Shown: positions 39,815-50,663 of the stretch, piece by piece
Numbering within the stretch: the stretch's first letter is position 1
How the letters are laid out: each line of letters starts with the position of its first letter
From: an uncultured delta proteobacterium
GTDB lineage: Bacteria; Myxococcota_A; Polyangia; Polyangiales; Polyangiaceae
Direction of reading: 5' to 3'
Length of the DNA stretch: 64,000 nucleotides
NCBI GenBank assembly: GCA_963850305.1
Contig: CAWKKR010000002.1
Coordinates: forward strand, 1 to 64,000
Notes under the pieces: model-generated
Databases searched by the model: none
Seen by the model: only the letters and a program-made list of their open reading frames with translations
What the model was told of the DNA's origin: nothing
Made by a program: the position numbers and the translations under genes

Positions 39815-40477
39815 ATGTCGCTCTTTCGGTTGCAGACCTGGGTCCTGTGCGGAGGCGTCCTAGTCGCGTGCGGCGGCACGGTCAGTTCGCGACGCGAACC
39901 CGACGGCGGTGGCATTGCCGGCGCGGGCGGCTCGACGTCGAGCGGCGGAACTTCCGGCGCAGGCGCGGGCGGAATCTCGTCGAGCGGCGGAGCGGCTTCG
40001 ACGGGAGGCGGGTCATCCACGGGCGGCGCCGGGTATTCGTGCGACGGCAAGATGCTGGCGCGCCCGACGCAGCATCGTCCGGCGAGCGTGAGCTGCCCGG
40101 CCAATGAGGCGGCCACACCCTGCACCGACGGGGGCCCGCTCGTCTGCGGCGCGGGCTGCGTGACCGACTCGGACTGCGCCCCGAAATCCGTGTGTAGCTG
40201 CGACGGCACCGTCTTCGGGTGGGCGCAGCAGAGCGTGGGCAACGCGTGTCTTGCGGGCAACTGTCGGACCGATGCGGATTGCTCGAGCGGCTTCTGTTCA
40301 TCGAGCTACGGGGAAGGAGGGGCGTTCTACGGCATCGCGGGTTACTTCTGTCACACGTGCGAGGACTCGTGTTCGAACGACTCGCAATGCAATGTGGACG
40401 GCGGACCCGCGGGCTACTGCGCCTACCAGACCGCGACCGGCGCCTGGGCGTGCCAGTACACCTTCAGCGCGGGCTGA
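39815..40477 (+). CDS. Cys-rich lipoprotein
   Basis: LVAC lipobox, Gly/Ser linker and CxxDxDC repeats. Confidence 0.8.
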   Translation: MSLFRLQTWVLCGGVLVACGGTVSSRREPDGGGIAGAGGSTSSGGTSGAGAGGISSSGGAASTGGGSSTGGAGYSCDGKMLARPTQHRPASVSCPANEAATPCTDGGPLVCGAGCVTDSDCAPKSVCSCDGTVFGWAQQSVGNACLAGNCRTDADCSSGFCSSSYGEGGAFYGIAGYFCHTCEDSCSNDSQCNVDGGPAGYCAYQTATGAWACQYTFSAG

Positions 40478-40481
40478 ACGC

Positions 40482-41771
40482 TCACGAGCCCCCGAGGTAC
40501 GCGAGCAGATCCGCCCGCGCGTCACTCGATAGCCCGAGGCCGAACGGATGCCCCGGTATCGGCCCCGTGCCGTGAAGCGCGCCCGTATAGCCCGGTGACA
40601 CGCGGTCCGGATCGAGGACTGCCGCGAGGTCCGGCGCTCGACCGTCGTGAAAGAGCGGGCCGCGCGCTGCGACGCCGTGAAGCGACGGCACGCGATACGT
40701 CCCGGTGCCGCGATCCGCGGAGAGCCCGAGTGTCGGGTCCGTGCCGACGACGTCGAGGGGCACGGGCGCACCCGTGAGCGCAGGCGGCACGTGACAGCTC
40801 GCGCACTCGACGCCGAACGTCGCGGCTCCCCGCGTCGCGGCGCTCGTCTCGGGCGTGCCGGTCGGCAGAGAATCCGCGAGCGAGCGCACGTAGTACGCGA
40901 GCCCGAGCGACACTTCGCGCGGGGGTCGCAGTGTCTCCTGGTGCGACGTGATGACGAGCGTCTCGATCCGGATCGCGAGCGACGTGACATCGCGCTGCTG
41001 CACGGTCGCGTCCGCTTGCAGATATCCGAGCCAGCGCACGGGGCGCAGATCCGCGATGCGAACGGGTTCGGTGCCGCTCGTGGTCGTGACGTCGAGACGC
41101 CCGGGGCCCCAGGCGAGCAGGTTGGCCGCGACGGCAGGGTCCAGGGCCTTGGTCGCCGCAACGAGGAGCGCGCCCCAATCGAGATCGGGATTGGGGGCAC
41201 CCGCGACGAGCGCTCCGTCGCGCAACAGAGAGTGGCACGTGGCGCACGTCTCCGCGAGCGTGGTGCTGCCGTCCGCGAGCCGAACGCGGACGAGCCCTCC
41301 GACGCCGAGGGAGGGGTCCGCCCACAAGCCGTACGTCGCCGCGTCCGCGGTCGTGTGAAGCACTGTCGTCGCCGGATCCGCGAGCTGCACTGGGTAGCGA
41401 GAGAACGCAGCCTCGCCGACCGCCAGGAGCGACTCTTCCGACCCCGAGCGAGCCGCGTCGTCGATGACGAGGGCCGTCGCGCTGGTGCCGAGCCGATCGC
41501 CCGCGTGGCCCGAGTCGAGGACGGCTTCCGTGAGCGGCTCCGTCGGAGGGTTCCACTCGGGCAACGACGACCAATCTCCCGTCGTGCCCGTGTCGTAGTG
41601 CGCGAGCCGGAGCGACGAGTAGCCGTTCGCCGGATTCACGAGCGACGCGACCAGTTCGGCGCGACGATAGTGCGCGTCCGTGAGATACGGATCCGGCGCA
41701 CCCGGCGAGCCGCACGCGACGGCGGTCAGCGCGGCAAGAAAAAGGGCCGCGCCGCGCATCATGGATAGCAT
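40482..41771 (-). CDS. Di-heme c-type cytochrome lipoprotein
   Basis: Two CxxCH motifs (CATCH, CASCH) and YRVPSLHGV..GPLFHDG..GHPFG. Confidence 0.8.
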   Translation of the reverse strand: MLSMMRGAALFLAALTAVACGSPGAPDPYLTDAHYRRAELVASLVNPANGYSSLRLAHYDTGTTGDWSSLPEWNPPTEPLTEAVLDSGHAGDRLGTSATALVIDDAARSGSEESLLAVGEAAFSRYPVQLADPATTVLHTTADAATYGLWADPSLGVGGLVRVRLADGSTTLAETCATCHSLLRDGALVAGAPNPDLDWGALLVAATKALDPAVAANLLAWGPGRLDVTTTSGTEPVRIADLRPVRWLGYLQADATVQQRDVTSLAIRIETLVITSHQETLRPPREVSLGLAYYVRSLADSLPTGTPETSAATRGAATFGVECASCHVPPALTGAPVPLDVVGTDPTLGLSADRGTGTYRVPSLHGVAARGPLFHDGRAPDLAAVLDPDRVSPGYTGALHGTGPIPGHPFGLGLSSDARADLLAYLGGS

Positions 41772-42059
41772 GGCACACTCCGCCTGTAGCCAAGTAAAGC
41801 ACGTGCCGCGGCGTGCCCGAGGGCCATGGTCGTCTGCGGGCTTCGAGTCGCGACGGTCGGCGCTGGGGACGCGGGCCCCCTGAGCGACGTGCGGCCGCGT
41901 CCCTCGAGGATCAGGGCCGATCAATCGACGATTTTGAAGAAATGATCGGGGCCGCAGAGGGGTAACGTGGCGTAAAGTGCCGGCGCTCGTGGTCGCCCCG
42001 TTCAAATTCCCGCGCCGCGGTGAGCGCGCTGACGCGCAGGTTCGAAGGAGCGCTGCGCC

Positions 42060-45000
42060 ATGATCCAGCGGCTCGTGGAGCTGGCGCTCAAGATGCCGGC
42101 CATCGTCGCGGTCCTGGCGCTCGCGTGTCTCTTCGGAGGACTCTACTGCTACGAGAATCTCGACATCGAGGCCTACCCCAATCCGGTGGCGCCCATGATC
42201 GAGCTCATCACGCAGCCCAACGGCTGGTCTGCAGAGGAGGTCGAGCGCTACGTCACGGTGAAGCTGGAGGTCGGTCTATCGGGGATGGTGCACCTCGACC
42301 ACATCCGCTCGGAGTCGCTCTTCGGCCTGTCGGACGTGAAGTGCTACTTCACCTGGGATATCCCCTACAAGGAGGCGAAGCAGGAGGTGCTCAACCGCCT
42401 GCAGTTCATCCAGATACCGGATGGCCTCCAGCCGCAGCTCTCGCCGTGGAACGCCATCGGGGAGATCTTCCGCTACCGGGTCGTCGGCAAGGGTTACTCC
42501 CTCACCGATCTCAAGACGGCCGAGGACTGGATCCTCGAGAGGCAGTTTCGCCAGGTGCCGGGCGTCATCGACGTGGTCGGCTTCGGCGGACTGACGAAGG
42601 AGTATCACGTCGAGGTCGACCCTTCGGAGCTGAACGGGCAACACCTCACGATCAACCAGCTGACGGACGCGCTCGCTGCCGCCAACCGGAACGTCGGGGG
42701 TCAGCGCGTGACTCTCGGTCAGCAGTCGTTCGACGTGCGCGGGCTCGGGCTCATCAAGTCGCTCGGGGACATCCGCGAGGTCGTGGTGGGAGAGACCAAC
42801 GGCGTGCCCGTGCGTGTTCGAGAGATCGCGCACGTCTTGATCGGCCACTCGCCGCGGCTCGGCCTCGTCGGCAGGGATCTCGATCCCGACATCGTGCAGG
42901 GCGTCGTGCTCATGCGCTACGGCGGCGACACGCTCAAGACCATCGAGGGCGTGCACGAGCGGGTGGATTACATCCGCAAGTATCACCTCCTGCCGCCGGG
43001 GATGGACATCGAGCCTTACTACGACCGCTCGGCGCTCGTGGAGCTGACCACTCACACGGTCATCGAGAATCTGCTCGTCGGTATGTTGCTCGTGACGGGG
43101 ATGCTGTGGCTGTTCCTCGGGCACGCACGGGCCGCGTTGATCACGGCCGTCAATATCCCGCTGGCGCTGATGATCGCGTTCATCGGCATGGTGACCACGG
43201 GGACGCCCGCCAACCTGATCTCGCTCGGCGCCGTCGACTTCGGCATCGTCGTCGACTCGACGGTGATCATGGTCGAGAACATTTTCCGCCACCTCGGACC
43301 CGAAGGGCAGGGCAAAATCAAGGAGCGCATCGTCGAGGCGGCCGAGGACGTCGCGCCGTCGATGCTGTTTTCCACGCTCATCATCGGAACGGCCTTCATC
43401 CCGCTGTTCACGCTGACCGGCGTGGCCGGCGTCATCTTCTCGCCGATGGCGCACACGTACGCGTTCGCCATCGGCGGCGCCATGTTCCTGGCCGTCACGC
43501 TCACACCCGTGCTCGCGTCCCGCGGTCTGGCCGTCATGGCCGCGGGCCACGAGGAGGCGAACTGGTTGATGCGCGCGCTGAACCGGGTCTACGTGCCGCT
43601 GTTCGCCTTCGCGATCCGCCGCAGGCGGCTGGCGGTCCTGATCGCGGCCGTACCCGTCATCGTCATCTTCGCGCTGAGCTCGGCGATGGGGCGCGAGTTC
43701 ATGCCCAAGCTCGAGGAAGGCAATTTCTGGATCCGTGCGACGCTACCCATGTCGGTATCGCTCGAGCAGGCCGCCAAGTACGTCGGGCGCATGCGCGCGA
43801 TCGTGCTCGGCTGTCCGAACGAGGGCGCGGGCGGCGCCGCCCAGTGCGACGACGCGCACCGCAGTCATCCGGAGCTGACGACCGTCGTCTCGCAACTCGG
43901 ACGCCCCGACGACGGTACCGATGTCTCGGGTTTTTACAATATCGAGCTGTTCGCGCCCCTCAAGCCCAACAGTGAGTGGCGTCACGGTCTGACCAAGGAG
44001 AGCATGACGAGGGAGCTGTCGAAGGAGCTCGTCGCCGCTTTTCCGGGCGTCACCTTCAACTTCTCGCAGGCGATCAGCGACAACGTCGAAGAGGCCATGT
44101 CGGGCGTCAAGGGCGAGAACACCGTCAAGGTCATCGGGCCCGACCTGTCGACCAACGAGGCCATCGGCTCCAGGATCCAGGACATCCTCGCGACCGTGCC
44201 CGGCATCGAGGATCTCGGGATGTTTCACTCGCTCGGGCAGCCGAGCGTGCTCATCACGCCCGACCGGGCAGCGTGCGGCCGCTACGGGGTCAACGTCGGC
44301 GACGTCGAGCAGGTGGTGCAGACGGCCATCGGCGGCCAGGCGGTCACGCAGGTTTACGAGGGCGAGAAGTCTTTCGATCTCACCGTTCGCTGGATGCCCG
44401 AGTTCCGGAAGGACCCGCAGGAGATGCGCGATTCTCCTGATCCCGACACCCGGCGGCGGCAGCGTGCCCCTCGGGCAGTTGGCGCGCCTGCAGATCAAGG
44501 ATGGTCCGTCGCTCGTCTACCGCGAGGACGTGCGCCGCTACACGCCGGTGAAGTTCTCCGTACGCGGGCGCGATCTGGCCTCGACGATAAGGGAGGCGCA
44601 GGAGAAGATCCGCGCACAGGTGAAGCTGCCCTACGACACGCACCTCGAATGGGCGGGCGAGATCAACCAGCTCAACGAGACGACCGGGCGCCTCGCCATC
44701 ATCATCCCGCTGACGTTGCTGCTCATTGCGTTCCTGGTCTACTCGTCGGTCAAGAACTGGCGGGACATGGTCGTCGTGCTCGCCGGCATCCCGTGCGCGT
44801 GCTCCGGGGGCGTGGTGGCTCTACTCATCACCCACACGACTTTCTCGATCTCCGCGGCGATGGGCTTCATCTCGATCTTCGGCGTTGCGATTCAGGACGC
44901 GCTGATCGTCGTGCCCTACGCGCAGCGGTTGTGGAAGGAGGGCGTCGAGCTCGAGAAGGGCGCGCAGCTGGCCGCCGAGCGCGGCCTGCGACCGGTGTTG

Positions 45001-45186
45001 ATGACCACGTTCGTGGCCATGATCGGCCTGCTGCCCGCCGCCCTGTCGCATGGCATCGGCTCGGAAACGCAAAAGCCGCTGGCCATCGTCGTCATCGGTG
45101 GCGCGCTCGTGCTGGCGATCTTGCCGCGCCTGCTGCAGCCGGCGCTGATGGTGTTGCTCCACAGGCGCGCCGCGACGACGGCGTGA
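42060..45186 (+). CDS. CusA/CzcA-family heavy-metal RND permease, one frameshift near 44430
   Basis: DIEAYPN, ANLISLGAVDFGIVVDSTVIMVENI, LRPVLMT and GSETQKPLAIVVIGG. Confidence 0.92.
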
Positions 45187-45194
45187 ACCCCGTC

Positions 45195-46241
45195 TCAGCC
45201 AGGTAACCCGAGCTCGCGCCACCGCAGCATCCCGCCCGAGACGTTCGCGACCCGGGCCACGCCGGCTTTTCGAAGAATGACGGTCGCCAGTCCCGAACGC
45301 TTGCCCGTCTGACAGACGACGACGACGGGCTTGTCGGTCTTCACTTCCGCGGCGCGCTGGCGGAGTTCGTCGAGCGGGATGAGCTGGGCGCCGTCCAGGT
45401 GTCCGAGCTCGCCGTCGAACTCCACGAGACCTCGCACGTCGAGGACGTTCACGGCGTCCCGGTGGCGCGCGACCCACTCGGCGGCGATCTCGTGAAGGCC
45501 CGCGTACGTGGTGACGACCGGGCCCCACTCCGGCGCGGCTGGCGACACCTCGGGCTTCCCGCAGCGCAGGTTCGCGGGCAAGGCGATGTCGAGCTGTCTG
45601 GGGTGCGGAAGCCCGAGGTTTCGCATGTACCCGACGAAGTCCTCCTCGCGGACATCCCCTCCGATGCGCGGATTGTAGCGTCGCTCTTCGCCGATGGTGC
45701 TCGAGGTGCGGCCCTCGTAGTCGTGACCGGGGTATACGGCGCAGCCGTCCGGCAGGGTGAACAGCTCCTCCCGGATCGAGTGGAAGAGGCGATGCGCGTC
45801 TCCTTGCTGAAAATCCGTCCGTCCGGCCCCGCGCACGAGGAGTGCGTCGCCGGTGAAGACGGTGTCGTGGTTCGCCGTCACGAATGCGACGCAGCCGGCC
45901 GTGTGCCCCGGCGTCGCGCGCACCTCGAGCGACTCGACCCCGAAACGAATCCTGTCGCCGGAGACGAGGGGAGTGTCGACGTTCTCGGCTCCGTAGCGGG
46001 GCGAGAGTCCGATACGGCAGCCGAACGCGGTCTTCATGAGCCACGCCCCTGTGACGTGATCCGCGTGACAGTGCGTGTCGAGCACGTGACAGAGACGGAG
46101 CTCGAGCTCCCGGACGAGCGCCGCGTCTCGAGCGTGCTGCTCGAAGACGCAATCGATCAGCACGGCCTCGCGAGTCTGCGCGTCGGCGAGCAGATAGGTG
46201 TAGGTGCTCGAGAGAGCATCGAAGAGCTGGCGGAAGAGCAT
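45195..46241 (-). CDS. Persulfide dioxygenase (ETHE1-like MBL fold) fused to rhodanese
   Basis: FRQLFD..STYTYLL, THCHADHVTG, TPGHT and GRTDFQQG; C-terminal VVCQTGKRS. Confidence 0.92.
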   Translation of the reverse strand: MLFRQLFDALSSTYTYLLADAQTREAVLIDCVFEQHARDAALVRELELRLCHVLDTHCHADHVTGAWLMKTAFGCRIGLSPRYGAENVDTPLVSGDRIRFGVESLEVRATPGHTAGCVAFVTANHDTVFTGDALLVRGAGRTDFQQGDAHRLFHSIREELFTLPDGCAVYPGHDYEGRTSSTIGEERRYNPRIGGDVREEDFVGYMRNLGLPHPRQLDIALPANLRCGKPEVSPAAPEWGPVVTTYAGLHEIAAEWVARHRDAVNVLDVRGLVEFDGELGHLDGAQLIPLDELRQRAAEVKTDKPVVVVCQTGKRSGLATVILRKAGVARVANVSGGMLRWRELGLPG

Positions 46242-46452
46242 CGGAGCCTTTCATCGCCGCCGCTCGGTCGTCACGGCGGTCGAACGGTCGTTTAGCAGAG
46301 TGGAGCCCGGGCGTGCTCACGAACGGGCCCTAGCCCGAGCCGCCGGTCACACGCGCTTCGTGCGCGTCAGGCTCCGGCGGCCCTTCAGCCGCCGTTGCGA
46401 CCGCCCGGTCGCGAGTTACATGACGTCGCACTTCGCGGCGGAGGGCACGGCC

Positions 46453-47538
46453 ATGCGAGTCTGTCTCAGCGTCTGGTTGATTTGCGGTATCGGGCTCGCG
46501 GCGCAGGCTGCCCGCGCCGAAGAAGGGCATGACGAGCCGGTCCACGTGGTCGAACCCGCTCCGCCGCGTGCGCGTTCGGCGGCGGATGAGCTGGTGCTCG
46601 GAGGGCATTTCTTTCAGCTTCCCGCGCTTCAGCGCTCGCCTTTCATCACGACGTATTTCTCCCTTCGGCAAGGATTTCAGACGATCGACTCTCCCGACGC
46701 GCCCGTGCGCCCCGGGCGAACGTACGGCGTGGATGCACTCGGTGTCGTCGAACGCATCGACGCGGGGTTCGAGTTCTTGAAAGTGCTCCAGCTCACGATC
46801 GGCGTGGATGCGGCGGCGTATTCCGGCAACGGTTTCAAGTCGGTCGTGGTTGGCGGGGCGGGGTACTCGTACAGGGGGCACGTCGGGGCGGGGGCCCGGA
46901 TCTTCCGGGGCTCCTCGACGCAGCTGACGGCCCGGGCCTCGCTCGAAGCGGGGAATGCCGACCAGCTCCAGACGCTCACACTCATCAACGCCCTCATCAC
47001 TCAGCCCCAGCAATCGATCGATCAAATCATCGACGGCACCCTGGGTCGGCTCATCGTGAACAAGGCGAATCGGACGGCGGAGAATCTGTCGTTTCACCTG
47101 GCTCAGAGCTTCGGCCCGGCGCTCGGCCTTCAGTTAGAGGCGGGGCTCGAGCACGCGAACATCGACGTCGAGTTCTTCAGTGAAGCGCTCGCGCGCGCCG
47201 ACGACACCAGTGTCTCCTTCTGGACGCCGGACTTTGCCGTCGCCGTCGGTCTGGACCTGAAGCCCCTCGTCCCGGTGCTTCCGATCTCCGTGATGGGCGA
47301 GTACTCGATCACGAGCGCCCACGCGAGCAGTGACCTGGGGAGTCAGTGGCTCACGACGAGCCAGCGCGCGGGGGTCGGGGTCTACTACTCGGGTCGCCCG
47401 GAGCTGGCTCTCGGTCTCAGTGCATACCGAACGTTCAGCGTCGAAACGACGGAAGGGTTCAATCCGAGCGGGAACGCCCTTCCCGGGGGCCGTCCGAGAA
47501 CCGATACGGTCCTTTTGACGCTCGGATATACCTGGTGA
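46453..47538 (+). CDS. Hypothetical outer-membrane beta-barrel-like protein
   Basis: Signal peptide, alternating beta pattern and terminal LTLGYTW. Confidence 0.6.
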   Translation: MRVCLSVWLICGIGLAAQAARAEEGHDEPVHVVEPAPPRARSAADELVLGGHFFQLPALQRSPFITTYFSLRQGFQTIDSPDAPVRPGRTYGVDALGVVERIDAGFEFLKVLQLTIGVDAAAYSGNGFKSVVVGGAGYSYRGHVGAGARIFRGSSTQLTARASLEAGNADQLQTLTLINALITQPQQSIDQIIDGTLGRLIVNKANRTAENLSFHLAQSFGPALGLQLEAGLEHANIDVEFFSEALARADDTSVSFWTPDFAVAVGLDLKPLVPVLPISVMGEYSITSAHASSDLGSQWLTTSQRAGVGVYYSGRPELALGLSAYRTFSVETTEGFNPSGNALPGGRPRTDTVLLTLGYTW

Positions 47539-47556
47539 GCTGGTCCGTCCGGGATG

Positions 47557-48618
47557 TCAGAGAAGATCGGGGACCCACGTTCCGCCCGTGCACGAAGGCG
47601 CGGACGGGTTTGCGGCTGTCGCGAGCGCGAAGCCCACGCCGACGCACATCTCCCGCGGGAACTCGATGTCGGCGGTGGTGGGGTTTTGCCAGGTGCAGGT
47701 CGTGCGGATCGTGTCGCCCTGGTGAAGGATGAACGGAGCGTCCACGGGCCAGCCGGTAGTGACCAGGTTGAACTGCATGTCGGACGTCCATCTCGGATCG
47801 TCGTGCATATCTTCGATGGCTCCCGTCCCCGCGCGGATCACCTGGGTCGTCGCGCTGGAGCCGTACTCGTGCATGTGGTTCGCCATCATGAGAAACTGGA
47901 CGTCCGACTGAGCCACGCACTCGGTGCTCGACGTGGTGGTCTCCGCCGGCAAGATATCGAAGCCCAAGTTCAGATTGACGAACATCGCGGCGATCTTGCG
48001 GGTCGGGTCCACCGGTGCAAACTCGATGTCGAGGACGGAGTTCCCGTCGATCGTGTCCTCGCCGGTGTTCAGATAGTGAACGTTCAACATGACGCCGTTC
48101 CCCTTCTTCAGGCGGAACGCCACGCCGGCAGGCAGGGCCGCAACGTTGCCGCCGCCCGTCCCGCCGCCGACGCCCCCGAGATATGCCCCCAGGGCGAGGT
48201 CGGTCGAGTCGGAGCCTGCGTCGGAGGACGCGCCGCCATCCGCGGAGGCCCCGGAGCCCGATGTGAACTCGGTGCCCATGCAGGGGAAGCTGGTGCCGAG
48301 CTTCACGGACGTGTCCGAGAAGGAGAACGCGACCGCGTGGTGCCCGTATTTCGACTGGTAGCCCCCCACGTCGAGCACGTCCACGTCGTGATCGAACGGA
48401 GCCATGAGGTACTGGCAATAGGTGACGTCGCCGCCCGGTGGGATGTTCGGAACCGTCACTGCCGTCAGTCGCGTGTAGCCGGCGGGGGCGGGAGGAGGAT
48501 CGAACGTGTTGCTAACAGAGGTGGTCGTCTGGGCGGACGAGCTGCTCGATTGCTGTCCGGAGCCACAGGCGACGAGCGCCGGCAGACCGAGGGCCAATGA
48601 AAGGAACGCGTAGCGCAT
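47557..48618 (-). CDS. Copper type II ascorbate-dependent monooxygenase-like lipoprotein
   Basis: GHH, VHYLN, HMH and EMC copper-ligand motifs; LVAC lipobox. Confidence 0.8.
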   Translation of the reverse strand: MRYAFLSLALGLPALVACGSGQQSSSSSAQTTTSVSNTFDPPPAPAGYTRLTAVTVPNIPPGGDVTYCQYLMAPFDHDVDVLDVGGYQSKYGHHAVAFSFSDTSVKLGTSFPCMGTEFTSGSGASADGGASSDAGSDSTDLALGAYLGGVGGGTGGGNVAALPAGVAFRLKKGNGVMLNVHYLNTGEDTIDGNSVLDIEFAPVDPTRKIAAMFVNLNLGFDILPAETTTSSTECVAQSDVQFLMMANHMHEYGSSATTQVIRAGTGAIEDMHDDPRWTSDMQFNLVTTGWPVDAPFILHQGDTIRTTCTWQNPTTADIEFPREMCVGVGFALATAANPSAPSCTGGTWVPDLL

Positions 48619-48814
48619 GGCGAGACTCTTCCGCCAACCGACCGCAATTTCTCAATGTGAACGTCTCTGACCCGTATCGCAAGAATACTCACGCCGGGGA
48701 TCGAGAACCGCGGTCGAAAACGACTGGAGCAGCTGGAATTTTCCCGGCACACGGGCGCAAAGCGGCTCGTCGAGGCGGGCGCAACGCGGGGAGGGGCGAG
48801 AGCGGTTCAGACCA

Positions 48815-49609
48815 CTAATGCCGCCGCCCGTGACTGTATGGCACCTTGACGACCGACATCGAGGACGGAGAGCCAGGGCGCGCGAAACCTGCCGAGCGGC
48901 GCGCGGTCGTCCTGGATCGGGCGCCGTACGCGTAGCCGCCGTACCCGTAGCCATAGCCGTAGCCGTAATAATCCGACGACGCCCATTCTGCGCGGGCGTT
49001 CGCTTCGGCCTCAGCGTCTGCCTGCTCCGCAGCGAGCTCTGCGTCGTGCGCGTCGGCCTCGGCTGCCGCGGCGTCGCGGTTCTCCGCGGCGACGCGCGCG
49101 CGCTCCGACTCGTCGAGGGCGTGCGCCTGAGCCGGGCTCATCCACTGACCATCCCGCTGGACGTAGCCCTTGCTGCGCATCAGCTGTTCCCGCGTCGTCC
49201 AGCCGCCGTCGGTCTTCACGAAGCCGAGCCGAGCGCGCGCCGCGGCGTTGTTGGAATCGATGCCGATGACCTCGAGCAAGAGCTGGTGCTCGCGCGAGCG
49301 CATGTCGTGATTGCGACAGTAGTCGGCGAGCGCGAGACGCGACGGGACGTCCTTCGGCCCGAGCACGGCGTACTTCGACTCGAACACACCGACGAGCGAT
49401 TGCGTCTTCTCGATCCGCTCGACCGAGTCCGCGGGGAGGGAGATCTCGCCGGACTCGAGCTCCACGACGACCTTGTCGCCGTGGCGAGAGGCTTTGCCTT
49501 CGATGGTGGTTCCGCCGGTGAGGACGACTTTGTCCGCGAAGGCGGGCACCGCGAACACGAGCGCGCCGAGAAACGTGGCCGCGACGAGGAGGCTGGGACG
49601 CACCGACAT
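48815..49609 (-). CDS. Secreted hypothetical protein
   Basis: Signal peptide AFA-DKVVLTGG and ARARLGFVKTDGGW. Confidence 0.7.
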   Translation of the reverse strand: MSVRPSLLVAATFLGALVFAVPAFADKVVLTGGTTIEGKASRHGDKVVVELESGEISLPADSVERIEKTQSLVGVFESKYAVLGPKDVPSRLALADYCRNHDMRSREHQLLLEVIGIDSNNAAARARLGFVKTDGGWTTREQLMRSKGYVQRDGQWMSPAQAHALDESERARVAAENRDAAAAEADAHDAELAAEQADAEAEANARAEWASSDYYGYGYGYGYGGYAYGARSRTTARRSAGFARPGSPSSMSVVKVPYSHGRRH

Positions 49610-49808
49610 AACTCCCACTGGGGTCAGCTAGATTATTTCCCGTCCGCGCCCCGCCCGCCAGGGGCTTGTGGAAAAGGCTCGCCGGGGCATGCGCTCAACC
49701 TCGGCGTCCCCGCCCGGAACCCGCATCGCCCGCCGGAGGCGCGATTGAGAGTGGCGCAGGGTCCGCCGAGGTGCCCAAATGCAAGCGGCGTGCTAGGCTC
49801 CGGGGTGG

Positions 49809-50045
49809 ATGTCGCCCGAGGAAGAGAGACGCGCGGCCCGCAGTCGATGGACGGTGGAGACATTCGAACTGGGCGAGGCTTCGGAGGATGCAGATGTCCT
49901 CTATTGGGCATCCATCCCCCTCGATCGGCGTGCACGCGCGGTATGGGACGTGAGTCTGGAGACCTGGTCGCTCATCGACCCAGACGTGTTGGATGAACCC
50001 GGACTTTGTCGATCTTTTTCGCGCGTTGTCCGAAGCGCGCGTTGA
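49809..50045 (+). CDS. Small partner of the nucleotidyltransferase
   Basis: DVLYWASIPLDRRARAVW; overlaps the next gene. Confidence 0.6.
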   Translation: MSPEEERRAARSRWTVETFELGEASEDADVLYWASIPLDRRARAVWDVSLETWSLIDPDVLDEPGLCRSFSRVVRSAR

Positions 50046-50469
50046 GTTCCTGGTTGTCGGCGCGTACGCGGTGGGCATCCATGGCCACCCGCGCGCCACC
50101 AAGGATCTCGACGTGTGGGTGCGCGCCACGCCGGAGAATGCCGAAAAGGTCATCGCCGCCCTCCGCGCTTTCGGGGCACCATTGGGCGACCTCACGGGGG
50201 CGGACCTCGCGACGCCTGGGACGGGGTTCAAGATGGGCGTTGCGCCTCGCCGGATCGACATCCTGACGAAGATCTCGGGCATCGATTTCGACGCGGCGTG
50301 GCCGGGGCGAGAGCAAGCAGAGTTCGGCGACGGGGTCCGGGCGAACGTGATCGGCCGGGACGATTTGATTGCGAACAAGCGCGCTGCCGGGCGTCCGCAA
50401 GACCTCGCAGACGTCGCTTTCCTGGAGCGCCTCGAGCGGCTGGAGCACGCGGGAAAGCGAGGAGAGTGA
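49993..50469 (+). CDS. Nucleotidyltransferase (DUF6036-like)
   Basis: LVVGAYAVGIHGHPRATKDLDVW..DLIANKRAAGRPQDLADV. Confidence 0.88.
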   Translation: MNPDFVDLFRALSEARVEFLVVGAYAVGIHGHPRATKDLDVWVRATPENAEKVIAALRAFGAPLGDLTGADLATPGTGFKMGVAPRRIDILTKISGIDFDAAWPGREQAEFGDGVRANVIGRDDLIANKRAAGRPQDLADVAFLERLERLEHAGKRGE

Positions 50470-50663
50470 CGGCACCGTCGCAGCCGACATGGGGCCCGCG
50501 TCCGGCTGTTGGCGGCCCGCTCCCGCTCGCGGGAGCCGCGCTCCGCGCGGCGTTCTAGCGCGACTCAATGCTCCCCACCGCCGCAGCCGGCGGCTTCAGG
50601 TGGACCTGGGTGCGGCATCCGCCGGCACTGGCATATCGCGCGCGAGGCCCTAGGGTGTTCGCC

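Noticed and set aside
44400..44470. Programmed frameshift in the CusA-type gene
   Set aside because: No slippery sequence is evident; a single indel or sequencing error is simpler.
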